Origin: Paraspadella gotoi
Lineage: Eukaryota; Animalia; Chaetognatha
Reading direction: 5' to 3'
DNA: 64,000 nt
Assembly: GCA_051294375.1 (NCBI GenBank)
Contig: CM119264.1
Location: 24,456,917-24,520,916 of the forward strand
Below, piece after piece: positions 1 through 15,590 of the stretch. The notes below the pieces were generated by a model. That model searched no databases. It saw only the letters and a program-made list of their open reading frames with translations, and was not told the DNA's origin. The position numbers were made by a program, and so were the translations under genes. Each line of letters opens with the position of its first letter. Position 1 is the first letter of the stretch.

Positions 1-859
1 CCGTCAGCCGTAATTATGAAAGATCTACCGTCAGGAATTGCAGTCTTTTCGTTGTCGTTGGTGACGACGACAACGACAACGACGCCTCGCCTTTATATTC
101 AAGAGTTGTCCTTTTAGATTATCAAAGATTTTTTTTTAATTATTAGACTTTAATTTTATTAAGTAAAAACCAAATTCGGCTCTATTCCGGTTATTATTTT
201 AAAGAAACCGAAGCTTGACGTAAAAATATCGGTGATACAAAAATTAAACTAATATTCTTTATTAATTCGAGGCCTTATCATTTACCTTTTGTATTTTTAT
301 CGCCTTCGGTTTATCAAGGCTTCATTAGTTCATAATTATATTTATGACTCATTTCTCAATTTTCGAGTTTAGCAAAAAAAATTGTCTGTTCGTCAATTCC
401 CCCCCTTCACTCCTCCCGCCCTTTTTTAGAAGGGGATTTTGGGGGCGAGAGAAGCCTGCGGAATTTTGATTGGTCTGATCGGATGAATTAGCTTGGTTGC
501 CTGTTCCGTTTACAGGAATAACTAAAACTAAAGAATAAAATTAAAAGAGAGAATTTTGATACAGTACATGTCATAAATACACGGGCAAAAAAGTTTTGTA
601 GTCATGTCATGTACACCTGAAAATTAAGTCACTGCGGAGCAACACCGTTCTTGTTTCTTTAAAAATTTCGTTGTGAAACTAAAGAAAAACTTTTCCTATC
701 TCAAATTTAAAACCAAAAAAAATAAAGGAAAAAACACAAAATAAATTTATTATATTATATCTTTATTTACAACGCAGAGTTGTTCGGACGACGTTCAATG
801 ACCTGTCAAACACTGTAAAAAATTGTAACCTGTAATTTTACCTCTTTGCTGTAATCAAG

Positions 860-941
<82 letters not shown>

Positions 942-1218
942 CGCCCTTTTTCTCCCACTTTTACTTTTAATTTCCTTTCTTCACGATTAACTTTCCTCTT
1001 GTGAAGTGAATCTGCCTCAATAATGGTTCTTCCAATTTTCGCTGAAAACTCGAGAGTTCGTCCTTCCAATTCGTCTTTCGTCGTTCGTCCTTCCAAATCG
1101 TCTTTTAGCTTCGTCTTTCCTTTTTCGTCTTTCGATATAACTGCTGCATTAATACATATTCTATAAATTAAAATCATCTTGGAAGGTCGTCTCTGTCTGT
1201 CGACGTTATGGACTCTCA

Positions 1219-1361
1219 ACTTCGTCCCGAGACTTCGTCCCACAACTTCGTCCTTCAACTTCGTCCCACAACTACGTCCCACGACTTCGTCCCACGACTT
1301 CGTCCCTCAACTTCGTCCCTCGACTACGTCCGTCGACTTTGTCCCTCAACTTTGTCCCTCG
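1219..1361 (+). repeat. 13-bp minisatellite (ACTTCGTCCCWCR), ~11 units
   Basis: acttcgtcccaca / acttcgtccttca / actacgtcccacg / acttcgtccctca ... Confidence 0.85.
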
Positions 1362-1583
1362 TATCCGTCGGAGAAACACGGCTTCAAACATAGGGCTCCT
1401 TTCCACATTTTTTTTTTTTTTCTAAGATTACTTATCCTCCTATTTTTACCTTTAAATAGTTTTTTTTTTAAATTACGTTGCACACTTGTTTTTTTTTTCT
1501 GTAGAAAATTATGTTCTTTTTGTTTTAATCTTTATTGTCTTCCATTCAAAATATCGCAAAATAGACCGGGTAATGAATTTTTT

Positions 1584-1677
<94 letters not shown>

Positions 1678-2802
1678 TCCCCATTCATAGTGACAGAAAC
1701 GATTATTTTCGCCTTAATTCCGCTCAGAATTCCTATTATCATAGTTATGTCCGATTTGCTACTAAATCGCGGATTCATTTATATGTTGACGAGTTTTTTT
1801 TCCTGCGCGGGGATGAGGTGATAGACTGAGACGGGACCAAAGCGATGAGGATAAAGTGATAATGTCATAGTGATTGACAATTGATAATGTGCTCGAGTGA
1901 AGATATTAGGAACGATTAAGGGGACGATAGTATCACATGAGTGATCAAAAGTAATGAAGTAAATTAGCTTAAAAAAAGAATTAAGGTTCAATGTATCAAA
2001 TATCGAAAAAGTTTGATAGAATATCAAAATTTCATGCGACGAAAAAAATTTAATACTGAATCAAGTAAGTCATAAATAACGTTAAGTAGATGTTTCTTTC
2101 AGAAAGTACATTTATGATGAGAATATGTAAAAAATATATATATATACATAAAAGACTAACTTCGACGCCAAAAAAAAAATGTTTTCGGATGAAAAGTGGA
2201 TTGGGTCTTTATGGATTGACGAAGATGATGGAGTGAATTGGCGAGAGTGTTGACAAAGACAAGTCTCGTATTAGTCCTTCGTCTCCTTCAGTGTCTCCTC
2301 TTCCTCAGCAGCCGCAGCGTTTCGACGGCAACAGCAGTTCAAACAGCAACATCAGCAAACGAAACTCGTTTTCCATTTCGCCAACCAAAAACAATTTACA
2401 TACGAAAAATGTCGTCTTTTTTTTCGTCAATATTTTTAAAAACTTTTTGGCAGTTTTCTTTTTTTTTATTTAACGATCATGGTGGAGGTCTCTAAATGAA
2501 TCCAGAGACGAGGAGAAAAAAAAGAAATGCCCAAATTTAATGATATTTTTGGGTAAAATTTAAAATTGGTTTTTGCGAGAGAGAGAAAAAAATCCTTGTA
2601 AAATGATCAAAAGTGCTTTAAAAATAAAAAGTAGATGCTGATTTTAATATCTTTAAAAAATGACTTCTAAAACTGAAAAAAAGGAAATATTAAATTATAC
2701 ATTATATTTAACTTAATCGACCGACGTCTCCATCGTCTAACCTGCCGCTTTAAATATGAATATATTAAAACTAATAACCGGTGAGTGTAAGTGATAACCG
2801 AT

Positions 2803-2931
<129 letters not shown>

Positions 2932-3540
2932 CAAGAAAAAGAAAGAAATAGAATTATCCCTGCTGAACAAGAGACTCATCCTCCTCCTCTTCCTCCTCCC
3001 TCTTATTTTTCCCTTCTTCTTCCTCCTCATTCGAGGACCTAATCACCTTCCTTCTCATTCAAAAGTCAAGACGAACCAAAGTTTTTCCATCAAAGAAATT
3101 TCGTCGATGTCATTTCGTCTTCTCATTTCATCTCAATTGAGAAAAAAAACTCATTTGTCTGAAGGATTTACATTCATCAGTCTTCCATGTATCCGTACAT
3201 CAATCAATATTCTATGTGTTATTCAGTTTAATGTAAAATTTTTACATTTTTATTTTTTATAATCATTTTTTCTCAATCACATCTTCTTCCATCTTTCTCT
3301 CTCCATCTTGCAAATCCTTTTTCTCCATCACATCTTCTTCCATCTATCTATCTCCATCATCCGATCATCCGCCGCCAGAGGGATTCCCAAGATGACGTCG
3401 TCGCTGCGGTTTTCTTGTTCCCAGTCTTCATCGTCGTCGTTGTCGTCGTCGTCGTCGTCGTCAGTGTCGTCGTCAACCAAATGAACATCAACACGCGGAG
3501 CGACAACGAAATCTTGACTCTCGGGAAACGAGAGAGAAAC

Positions 3541-3586
<46 letters not shown>

Positions 3587-5394
3587 GAAGAAGAAAAAAA
3601 ATGTAAAAATATAAAGAAAAGCGAAAAAATAAACAAATTTTAAACATTCGGGAAATAAATAAGCGGGAAAATAAATATTTTCTCGTTGGAAGAAAAAATT
3701 GAGCTTTTCTTGGCAGCAAAAAAAAGTCGTTGTCAACTTGCAGATATCCGCCAGCACCATTGATGCACTGAAATTTAAATCCATTGGCTTATCAATTATT
3801 TGATTTATACTCTACATGCGTCCAACTTATGTATTATATTAAAATATACCTTTGATATAAACTTGTAATNNNNNNNNNNNNNNNNNNNNNNNNNNNNNNN
3901 NNNNNNNNNNNNNNNNNNNNNNNNNNNNNNNNNNNNNNNNNNNNNNNNNNNNNNNNNNNNNNNNNNNNNNNNNNNNNNNNNNNNNNNNNNNNNNNNNNNN
4001 NNNNNNNNNNNNNNNNNNNNNNNNNNNNNNNNNNNNNNNNNNNNNNNNNNNNNNGACTCCCTTGGGGCGGAACATAAAAGTGAGCACAAAAGCGAAATGG
4101 GAGACACCAACATTTAGAAGAAAAAATGGTAACTGCATTTTCCATCTTGGACNNNNNNNNNNNNNNNNNNNNNNNNNNNNNNNNNNNNNNNNNNNNNNNN
4201 NNNNNNNNNNNNNNNNNNNNNNNNNNNNNNNNNNNNNNNNNNNNNNNNNNNNNNNNNNNNNNNNNNNNNNNNNNNNNNNNNNNNNNNNNNNNNNNNNNNN
4301 NNNNNNNNNNNNNNNNNNNNNNNNNNNNNNNNNNNNNNNNNNNNNNNNNNNNNNNNNNNNTCCTACGCTTTTTCCCTTCCATCCAACCTCAGGCATCAAT
4401 GTCGAGTCCTTTTTGTATTTCCACCCATTAAGTTGGGGACACGTTGACGATTTACCTAGAATACTATTGATTATAATGAAATGGAATTGGTACCAGCAGT
4501 ATGAAATACATCCAATCATTCAATAAATAAGGTCCGTACATCTTGCCTCCTGTCACTGGCGCGGTTACCCGAGGACGGTCTGGCTTTGCCAATGCGGAGG
4601 GAAGTCGTTAGGACTGTGGATAGAACACAACGCTGATCTATGTGAGGCTGTGTGAATATACCCCCTCAATATATGTATTTTAAAACGATTCGACTGTCAT
4701 TGCTGCTTACTTTGTCAGTATTTTTTTTAATTCAATGTTAAAGTAAATTTTTTCTTCTTCTCTGGATTTTGACCTCAAGTTTTTTCATTAACATTTTTGG
4801 CTCTGTTAAAGATTATATTGCGTCATAAAGTGAATAAATAAGCTTAAAATTTATACAATTTTACATTTTGTTTTTCCTTTTTTCAGTAAAAAAGTTATTT
4901 CCCTAAACGATCGCGTTGGAATTAAACACTAAAGAGAAAGTCCCACTGAAGTCGCGGCAACATCCCTAAATTTTAAAATTAATAACTAGTTGTGCAATGC
5001 AAATAATCTGTTGTGCTACTATATTATTTTTACATATTTACAAATGATTTTATTCGATTATTTTTCAATTTTCCCTGTTAGCAATTGTACTCACAACTTC
5101 ATTTTAACACCCGATTTCTTCTTTATCGACGTTTCAGGATTTTATTAGGCAAGGTTAATTACGTTTTGTTATAAATATTTAATAAAAAAACATATATTAA
5201 TTTTACAAAGTATAAACGAGCGAAGTCAAGAGTCGCTCCACCGAAGCCGCGACTAAAAAATAAAATTCATTTTATTTCTCGTTTTATTTATGGTCTCCAT
5301 CTGAATGTTGGGCGCGCGTCTCTTGGGCGCCTCCTGCTCTCTCCCCCACCTCCACATCCGCAAAACCGCCAATCCCTTTTTTTTCGTTTCTCTT

Positions 5395-5425
<31 letters not shown>

Positions 5426-5809
5426 ATCTCTCTCTTCTCATCTCTACTCTCTCTCTCTCTTTTCGTCTCTCTCTTCTCTTCTCTCTCTATCCCCGGTTTT
5501 TAACTTCTTTGGCTCTGATTTGTGCAGTTAGACAAGCTTTTCTCTACACCTCTCTCATACTTACTACCACGTTCCCCTTCCTCAGACCCCCTGCGCTCTG
5601 CTTCTCCCCGAGAGATTCCACCACCCACTCTTCCCCCCCCCCCATTCCCACCCACCTTCCCTCACCCTACGCCCCCACACAAAAACCCATTTTCCGCTCA
5701 CGCGCGTGGTTTTTTTTGCCTGGTTTTCGCTTCCGTCAAATTATACTCATTCGCGACTGCGATTTCTCATTTCGCGAGTAAGAAAGAAAAAACAGCATGT
5801 CGAATCCGT

Positions 5810-7820
5810 TTCCCGGTCTTCGTTGTAGAGCGTAGATCCCTTATTTTTTGTCTGATTCGGATAGAAGTAGAGGAAGAGTACCAGTGCAGTCCGAGTGAGT
5901 GAAAGAATTGCCAGGTTCGATTCCAAAAAGCTAATGCGTTGAAAAAAAAACAACTTTGCTCGCGACACAATCAATCGAATTTAAAAATAAACTTGAGCGC
6001 CAGACTAATTTTAATACGAATTACGTAATAGTTAAACAGCGCGACGGTGTGGAAAGATTGAATGGAAGCTCTTGAGAGAGAGAGAGAATGAAGAAGAGAG
6101 AGAGAGAGAGAGAGAAGAGAGAGAATGAGAGAGAGAGAGAGAGAGAGAGAAGAGAGAGGTGATTAACGCTTCTGTCTGAAAATGTAGTTATCGAAGCCTA
6201 TTGTTTTTAACAATACTGATTAAGTCTTACTTTTATCTGAGATAACTTTCCAACGTCGGCTGGTACGTCTACCGGGTCAATTGGACTGGCAGCTTTATAA
6301 AACTCCTTTCGTTGTTCACGACACGCCATTAATTCCTTTGGCATCTTGAATCAATGTTAATCCATTATTTTGCCGACGAATAAGATAAAAAGAAAAAAAA
6401 CAGTGAAGTAAAATAAAATCGGAATAATAAAACAATAAAAAATTCATACAATTTCCTTAAAAAATAATGAAAAAACATTCGAAAAAACTTTTTTCTTTCC
6501 TGCGTCGGTTTTTTCTCTCCCTGTTGTCGAATTCTCGTCGAGAATTCGGGGAATTTTAAATCAGGGACGCGGGGAAAAAAGGAAGGTAAGGAGAAGATAA
6601 GAGAAGGAAAAGGAAAGAAAAGGAGGAAAAGAAAAAAGAAAGAGAAGGACAGGAAAAAACAGGGAAAAAAATTGGAAGAAAAGGAAGAAGCAAATTTGGA
6701 GTAAAAGAAGAAAAAAATAAAATATAAGATAAAAAAAGGTGAATAAAAAGTAGGTAAGAGATATACAAAAATAGAATGAAGTTAAGAAAAAAAATGTATA
6801 ATATTATATAAAAAAATGGAAATATAGGGTGCTGAAAGAAGAGAAGTAAAAGCTTAAAAAAGATACGAGGATAGGAGAGAATAGATAAAAGGAGAGAAAA
6901 TGGGGGGGGGGGAAAGTCTTTGTGATTGGAATCAATCGAACCATTTAAACTCATGTGAATATTTTAATGGAGGATACGGTTTCTCTTACGCGATTCGAGG
7001 GGGGGCGAAGAAGGCAGGGTGGGCGGAGACGGGGGCGAGGGGGGAAAGGGGTCAGAGATGCGCAGAGAGTAGTAATGATAATTGATAACCCATCAAGTGA
7101 TGCAATCGTTGCGTCGCTTATAACCTCTGGAACATTTGAATGGGGGAAACTTGGATTCTTTGTGTTCTATTTTGCTTTGTTTTTAATATGTTTTTAATCG
7201 TTTTATTTGTTTTTTATTAAGATTTTCATTAGTTTTTTAATCGTTTTTTTGTTTTTTTATTTTTCTTTTTTCATTGTTTTTTCAAGCAATATACCAATCC
7301 AATCTTCTTAGGTCATCTTAAATTAAATCCAAACAGTCCGATCAAAATAATTCTACGATAATAAAAAAGTATTTTATAGCCGACGCGTTTCTAAAACCGG
7401 TTGAACCGACAGTGTTGTTGTTGTTGTTTTTTTTTTCTATCACTCTGAAATCAGTCGTCCGTGACGAGTCGACGTTTTTAGACCACGTCGGCGACCAAGG
7501 CGGCTAAAAATTAGAAAAGTAAAACATGAAATAACAAAACACAAACAACCCAACCACAACAAATAATAAACTATGGCGTAAAGAACAACAGAACAACAAG
7601 AGCCAGCCGGCGCCAATTCGGAAACAAATATAGGCGCGTTGGCGCGAAGCAAACCGGAAACGGGATCCGTCGCAGGAAAAAGATGGGGACGGGGATGCCG
7701 AAGGGAAAGAGAGAGAGAGGGAAGAGAGAGAGAGAGGGAGAGAGAGAGGAAGAGAGAGAGAGAGAGAGAGAGAGAGGGGAGAGTATTGATGAGAGAAAAG
7801 GAAGAAGAGAGAGAGAGAGT

Positions 7821-7851
<31 letters not shown>

Positions 7852-9400
7852 AGGGAGAGAATGAGAGAGAGAGGGGGGGGAGAGAGAGAGAGGGGGAGAG
7901 AGAGAAGAGAAGAGAGAGAGAGAGAAGAGAAGAGAGGAGAGAGAGATGAGAAAGAGATGAGAGAGAGGAAGATAGAAGGGAAAGAGCAGAAGTGAGGATA
8001 TATGAAGAGGTCTGCATTAAGAATCACGTCGTAAATCAAATTTGGAGGCTGAGGTCGAACGAAGAGCCGCAAATCTTGGTCGCCATTGATTGTTTCGTCG
8101 TCGTTGTTTGTCCGTTGTCGTTGTGTTTGTCGTTGTCATTTCTTTATCCCTCGACGTTTGAACAATGCAATTGCAAAATTATAGAACAGTCATTAAATCA
8201 TTTCAAATTAATAGCAGTTAAAAATAAAAGGTAATATTGAATAAAATTGATGCATTCTGGCTTTTGCAATCGACCATGGTAGACGTCGCCAAAATGGCCA
8301 GCTCCCCCCAACCACCCCTCACCTATTTTCCCGTGGTCAACTCGACCGATTGTTTTGTTTTCCGCATGCAGTTCTCTCAAATCCAAATCCATTAAATTAA
8401 TACTAGTAGATTATATAAGTTCCATTTTTTTAAGCTTGATCTTCTTGAGAATGACATCGTCTATGGCTAATGAGTACAAACACCTAGTATGAGAAAGGCA
8501 AAATTTCTTTTTTTTTTTAGCTCAATAATATTATTGTAGGGGCCGGTCAGATTTGCTTTTTGAAGGAAGTTTAATTGTTTTTATTCCTGTATGTCGTGCA
8601 ATAATATTCGTCGTCTTCAATAGTCAATAGTCGTCTCTTTGTTCCATCGTTAGGCGTCGTCATTTTCGTCGTCGGTGACAAAACGGCATACCAAGAAAAA
8701 AAGAATAGAACAAATCGCAAACATATACAGCTNNNNNNNNNNNNNNNNNNNNNNNNNATTGATAACCAGTCAAGTGATGCATCGTTGCGTCGCTTATACC
8801 TGGAACAGAAGGGGGAAACTTGGATTTTGTGTTCTTTTGTTTGTTTTTTATATAGTTTTTAATCGATTTTTATATTGGTTTTTATTAGATTTTATTGTTT
8901 TTAATCGTTTTTCGTTTTTTATTTTTTTTTTATTGTTTTTCAGCAATATAAATCCCAATCTTTTAGGCTCATCTTAATTAATCAAACAGTCGATCAAATA
9001 ATCTACGATAAAAAAAAATTATGCCGACGCGTTTAAACCGTTGAACGACAGTTGTTGTTGTTGTTTTTTTTTTTCTTCTCTGAAATCAGCGGCCGACGAG
9101 TCGACGTTTTGTCAACACGGGCGACCGGCGGCTAAAAATAGAAAAGANNNNNNNNNNCTTTTGCTGGTTTCGTTGTAGAGCGTAGATCCTTTTTTCGTCG
9201 GATTCGGATTAGAGTAGAGGAGAGTACAGTGCAGTCGATTGAGTGAAAGAATTGCCAGGTCGATTCAAAAAGCTAATGCGTTGAAAAAAACAACTTTGGT
9301 CGCGACAATCATGAATTTAAAATAAACTTGAGCCAGACTAATTTTAATAGAAATACGTAATAGTAAACAGCGCGACGGTGTGGAAAGATTGGATGGAAGC

Positions 9401-9481
<81 letters not shown>

Positions 9482-11194
9482 TCTGTTATCGACATTGTTT
9501 TTACAATCTGTTAAGTCTTACTTTTATCTGAGCTAACTTTCACTCGGCTGGTACGCTCGGGTTATTGGACTGGCAGCTTTATAACATCCTTTCGTTGTTA
9601 CGACGCATTAATTTTATGGCATTTGAATCCAATGTTATCCATTTTTGCGACGAAAATAAGAAAAAAAGAAAAAAACAGTGAAGTAAAATAAAATCGGAAA
9701 ATAAACAATAAAAAATTCATAAATTTCTTGAAAAAAAAATGAAATAAAATTTCGAAAAACTTTTTTTCTTCTGCGTCGGTTTTTTCTCTCCCTTTCGAAT
9801 CTCGCGAGAATTTCGGGGATTTTAAAATCAGGGACGCGGGGGAAAAAAGGAAGGAAAGGAGAAGAAAGAGAGGAAAGGAAAGAAAAGGAGGAAAAGAAAA
9901 AAGAAAAAAGAAGGACAGGAAAAAAAGGGAAAAAAATTGGAAAAAAAGGAAAGAAAGCAAATTTGGGAGAAAAAGAAAACATAAAAATTAAATAAAGAGA
10001 AAAAAAGAGGAAGAGAATCAATAAAAAATGAATGAAAGAGAAAAAATGATGAAATAATGAAAAAAATGGATAATATATAGTGGTCGAAAAGAAGAGAAAG
10101 AAAAGAAAAAAAAAGTAGAGAGAATAGGAGTAGAAAGGAGAGAAAGATGGGGGGGGGGGAAAGTTTATGGTTATTGAATCAACGAACGCATTAAACTCAT
10201 TGAATATTTTATGGAGGATAAACGGTTGCTTACGCGATCGAGGGGGGACGCGGAAGAAGGAGGGGGCGGAGAGGGGGGCGAGGGGGGAAGGGGAAAGAGA
10301 ATCCGCAGGAGGTTAAGAATGATAATTGATAACCTCAGTCAAGTGATGGCAATTCGTTGCGTCGCTTATAACCTGGAACAATGAAGGTAGGAAAGCTTGG
10401 ATTCTGTTGTGGTTTATGTTTGCTTTGTTTTTTAAATATTGTTTTGGATAATCGATTTTATATGGTTTTTATATAGATTTTCATATGTTTTGTAATGCGT
10501 TTTCGTTTTTATTGTTTTTTTTTCATTGTTTTTATCAAGGCAATATAACCAATCCCAATCTTCTTAGGCTGCATCTTAATTTAAATGCAAGAACAGTGCG
10601 ATCAATCTAATCTATGACGATAAAAAAAAATTATAGCCGAAGCGTTTCCGTTATAAACTCGCGTTGAACGACAGTTGTGTGTTGTTGTCTGTTCTTTTTT
10701 TCTCTTCTCTGAAATCAGCGACCTGTACGAGTCGAGCGTTTTTGATCACGACGGGCGACGCAGGGCTAAAAAATTAGAAAAGTAAAAAAAAACAATGAAT
10801 AACAAAACACAACAACCCAAAGAATAAAACTATGGCGTAAGAAACAACAGAACTTCGAACAAGAAGCAGCCGGCGCCAATTCGGAAACAATATAGGCGTG
10901 GCGCGAGCAGAACGCGGAAACGGGATCCGTCGCAGGAAAAAGATGGGGACGGGGTAAGTAGCTCGAACGAGGAAGGAGAGAGAGAGATGGGAGAGAGAGA
11001 GGAGAGGCAGGAGAGAGAGAGGAGAGAGAGAACGATAGAGAGGAAAGAGGGAGAGAGAGAGAGAAAGGAAGAGAGAGAGAGAGAGAGAGAGAAGGAGAGA
11101 CGAGAGAGAGGCGAGGGGGGGGGTGGTGTTAGGGACGAGCGAGGATGGAGAGAGAAGGGGAGAGTGGGAGAGAAGAGAGAGGCGGATGAGAGAG

Positions 11195-11229
<35 letters not shown>

Positions 11230-12000
11230 AGAGATGAGGAGAGATACAACGGAGGAAGGGTGAAAAGGGAGAGAACTAGAGTGAGGGAATAGAGAGTCTG
11301 ATAAGTATGCACGTCGTAATCAAATTTGGAGGCTGAGGTCGAGACGAGGCGCAAATCTGGTCGCCATTGATTGTTTCGTCGTCGTTGTTGTCGTTGTCGT
11401 TGTCGTTGTCGTTGTCATTCTTTATCCCGTCGACGTTTGAACAATGCAAATTGCAAAATTATAGAACAGTCAAATTTAAAATCATTTCAAATTATAGCAG
11501 TTAAAAATAAAGTTAATATTGAATAAAAATTGATGCAAAATTCTGGCTTGCAATCGACTTCATGGTAGACGTCGCCATCATGGCCACGCCTCCCCCCAAC
11601 CGCCCTCCCTAATTTTCCCGTCGGTCAACTCGACCGGATTTGTTTGTTTTTCCGCATCAGTTCCCTCAAATCCAAATCCATTAAATTATACTAGTAGATT
11701 ATATAGTTTCCATTTAATTTTTTAGCTTGTCTTTCTTGAGAGACATCGTCTATGCGCTATGAGTACAAACACCCTAGTATGAGGAAAAGGCAAATTTCTT
11801 TTTTTTTTTAGCTCAATAATATTATTCAGGGGCCGGTCAGATTTTGCTTTTTGAGGAAGTTTAAGTTTATTCTCGCTATGTCGTGCATAATATTCGTCGT
11901 CTTCATAGTCAGAGTCGTCTCTTTGTCCATTGTTGTCGTCGTCATTTTCGTCGTCGTGACAAAACGCAATAAAACCAAGAAAGCAACGCAAACTACTGCT
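5810..12000 (+). repeat. ~2.9-kb direct duplication (5810-8732 and 9158-12000) plus a third partial copy (8758-9147)
   Basis: Colinear matches starting at cgttgtagagcgtagatcc (5821 / 9171). Differences are mostly single-base insertions; the copies are separated by 25-N and 10-N gaps. Confidence 0.9.
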
Positions 12001-12154
12001 CCGTTGTGGCGTAAGTGCACAACGCCGAATAATATCGCCAGGCCTTGTTTCCTGTCGCCTCTTGTATTAGCGAAAAATTCTCAACCACACAAAAAATCCC
12101 TTAATGGTTAAAAACGCTCATCTGAAAATCGTCAGCTCTCTCTTTCTCGCTCTC

Positions 12155-12215
<61 letters not shown>

Positions 12216-14783
12216 AACGTAGTATCTGATATCTTTAAAGAAATTTTTTTTAATTCTTCAAAAAGGCCTTAGATGTCGTTGTTTTTTTTTCTTATAAATT
12301 TTACTGATTCTGCCGCTTCTGACCGAAAAGGAATAGTTTAAACGTTTACCGCGTTGGAATTCGCGAATTAAGTGATATTTTCTTCATTTTATTGATTTTC
12401 CCTGAACAAATTTTTCGTTCGCATACGGCGAATTCAAGAGGATGAAAAGACCTTTCAACTCGTTACTGAAATTCATGGATATGTCTCACGGTATGGCCCG
12501 CACAAAATGAGAACAGTCTTCTTGAAAATCTTTGAGAACATATTTAGTTGTTTTTACTTTCCTTTTTGATAAATTCTGTCTTTTTATCATAAATTTTAGA
12601 TTCTATTGATACCGGACTCCAATATTCTGCTGACAATGGTTATTTAGCGGCAACTATACCTTAACAAGATGTTTGCTTTGAACTTGAAGAAGTTCTAGAG
12701 AGTCTCTCTTCTCTCTTTCTCTCTCTCTCTCTCACTGTCTCTCTCTCTGATTTTCATCCTTTTCATCTGATTTGAAATGATTTGAATTTCGAATGCAATG
12801 TTTAATAAAATAAACCAATCTCGATATTTTGTATGAATTATTGAATAAAAACCTTTTTATGCAATAGTAATTAGGAATTAATTATTTGAAAAAAAATTGA
12901 GAAAAAAAGAATTGAGAAAAAAAAAGAAAAAAATTAAGGAAAAAGAAATTTTTAAAAAATCTGAAATTTAAAAAACCGGTAAAGAAGATTCCGAAATCTT
13001 TTTGTTTACACGATTGCGAAAAAATATACCCCGTTTTATGCGTGATGCACTGCTGCTTCTGCTGCAGCGATTCTCGCCTCTGAATAAAAAATCAACTCAA
13101 CAGTCGTAAAGTCGTCGCGCGTTCGAAGTCCGATTCTCGATTCCATCGCGATTCCACCCGAGGAAAAATGGAATCGATGGGCGTGGGGAGTTGGGAGTGG
13201 GGAGTAGTCTGTGGGCAAGGATTTCGGTCGGTGGACGGTGGAGAGCGAACCGACGTGGGCGTTGGGCGGAGGGAAGTAGTGCGTGGGCGGTGGGCGGGGC
13301 GGAGGGATCGGCGCTGGATGAAACGCCGATGCCATCATGACGAGAAAAGGGAGGGAGGGAATAAGGGAAAAAAGGGAAAAGAGAAAAGAGAAGAATAAGG
13401 AAAAGAATGAGAGAATAAAATGGAAAGAAGATGGAAGAGTAGGAAAGATCTCGTTTAATGACCAGAAGAGTGTAAAGCTTGTAAAGTTATGGAGTGTGAC
13501 AAATGTAGATTTAAAATGAATAGATTTATAAAAATCGAGGGAAATAACAGTGTCACAGAGAGAAACGGAGCAGAGTGAAACCTTATTTCGGACAGAATGG
13601 AGAAGAGGAGATAATGTTACTGATAGAAAGAAGAAAAAGAATGAGTGTTACAAATAGAAAAGAGGAAGAGGAGAAAGGGATGTGATAATTCTCTTTCCTC
13701 GTCTCCAACGAATCCCCCCCCTCTTGCCCCCCCCCTCTTTCCTCTTTCCTTCATCTCCGTCGACGCGAAAGGAGAATCGACTCGGGACCTCAATTCCTTT
13801 CCTTTGTTTGGACGAAGCGAATGGCAAAAGCAAATGGCAAATGGCGAATGGTAAATGGCAAGAAGCAAAGACGTTACGTTTACATTGTACAACTGCCACT
13901 CGTAGGAATTCATACATTCGTCCATATAGAATAACAGAGAAGGGGGAAAAACCAATTAATTCATACAGTAGATTTAAAATGATAACGAACATTTGTGAGA
14001 ATATTAATTATGTTCACAATGCAAATGAGTGAAAAAAAAAAGAGAAACCACGAGGTACGTATAACTTATCTTCTTGGAATTTAATCGGGAAAAATTCTCC
14101 GCCTTTAAAAACTTTTTTAAAAAAAAACTTTTATTTGCGTAGATAAAGAAAACGTCGGTGACGCCGACGACGACGACCATGACAACCTAAGCGAGAAGAA
14201 AACGGTGTTGCTGCCCTCTTTCGTCGAGATTCGAAACAAATTCAAATTTAAAAATAATCCAAAGTGGCAGACGGTTTTATGGAGATAAACTGGGATTATG
14301 GTTTCGGATTCTCGCTGAGGAAATCCGAGATTCTGACAACCAACACTTTTTATTTCGTTTTTTTTTTTTTATTCTTTTCAATTCTTTTTCCTTTTATTTT
14401 TACGAGTTTTTTGTTTGTTTTTCTCCTTTAAATGTAGGGGTCGCGCGGGCCTGCTGCTCCTCTTTTTACGTTTTTATCTTCTCATCTTAACATTATAGAA
14501 AACGAAGTTGTGAATGACAGCGACCGCAAATAATTAACTTTAACTCAATCAATGAATAAATAGATAGATATATAAAAATAAATAAATAAATAAACGAAAA
14601 AAGGAAAATATAATGAAGGAATAAAAAGCCAAAAAGCCAATACGAAAAGCTCTTCTTTAGAAAATGGTATCGGAGGAATCGAATCTCTTCCTTCCTTTAT
14701 CGAAGTTAAAAATAGAAGATAAAGACGAAAAATAAAAGGAACAAATAAATTTTCATATTTTCTTTTCTTCCCGTGTTTGTCTT

Positions 14784-14870
<87 letters not shown>

Positions 14871-15098
14871 AAGATTAGAAATAAAAAAACAGTTTCCCTA
14901 CTCCTTCCGTCTCGTCGCTCGAAAACAAAAGGGAATCACATTTTCCGTTTTTCTCTTCAAACTTTTTTTTTTCTCTTCTCCTTTTGTTTATCGAAAGAAT
15001 CGACGGCGGATCATAATTAAATCGGTAGATGGCGAATTACGTCTTCGTTGTCGTCGTTGGACTTTCTCGGCGTCATCGTGGGCATCGTGGTTACGGTG

Positions 15099-15150
<52 letters not shown>
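15099..15150 (+). repeat. (TCG)n microsatellite (another at 57822-57886)
   Basis: Pure trinucleotide run. Confidence 0.95.
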
Positions 15151-15590
15151 GTCTGAAAATACCTCGTATTTTAATCTGGAATCGAAGAAGCAGGTGGACC
15201 GTTGCGAAGCTTGGCGCAGAAGCCCGACTTTGCCACCTCCATCGCTCTTTATGCTTTTTTTGTGGGGGCTTTTTTGGCTTTTTTTTCTTTTCTTTTTGAT
15301 TCTTACTTTTTTTTCTTCTTACGTATTTGTTTGGATGCCTATCAATTTTTAATCTTGTTCATTGGTTTTCTTTTTTTAAAAACTTTATTGTTTTTCTGTT
15401 TTAAAGCGACATTTTTTTTATTTCAATACAAGCTTTTGAGTTTTTAGGAGTAGTTAAGTAAAAGCATATACAAAAATTAATAAACATACATATTACATGT
15501 ACAAGGTAGTACCAATTTCATACTTATACAACGCAAAACGATCATCTAAAAAACGAACATCTTACTGATCTCCTTTCTCGACTCCTTGCC

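Noticed and set aside
4056-4660. Gap-flanked islands with a protein-like minus-strand frame (LNGWKYKKDSTLMPEVGWKGK)
   Set aside because: Too short and broken by gaps to assign; possibly a transposon fragment.
8255-8330. Kinase glycine-loop-like peptide LGGAGHFGDVYHGRLQ in minus-strand ORF 8198..8392
   Set aside because: Not preserved in the duplicate copy at ~11550-11610, with no clear splice sites and no downstream VAVK/HRD/DFG motifs. Worth rechecking only after polishing.
5810-12000. 2.9-kb tandem duplication or triplication as a real segmental duplication
   Set aside because: Differences are insertion-dominated like raw long-read error and the copies flank 25-N and 10-N gaps; most likely gap over-filling.
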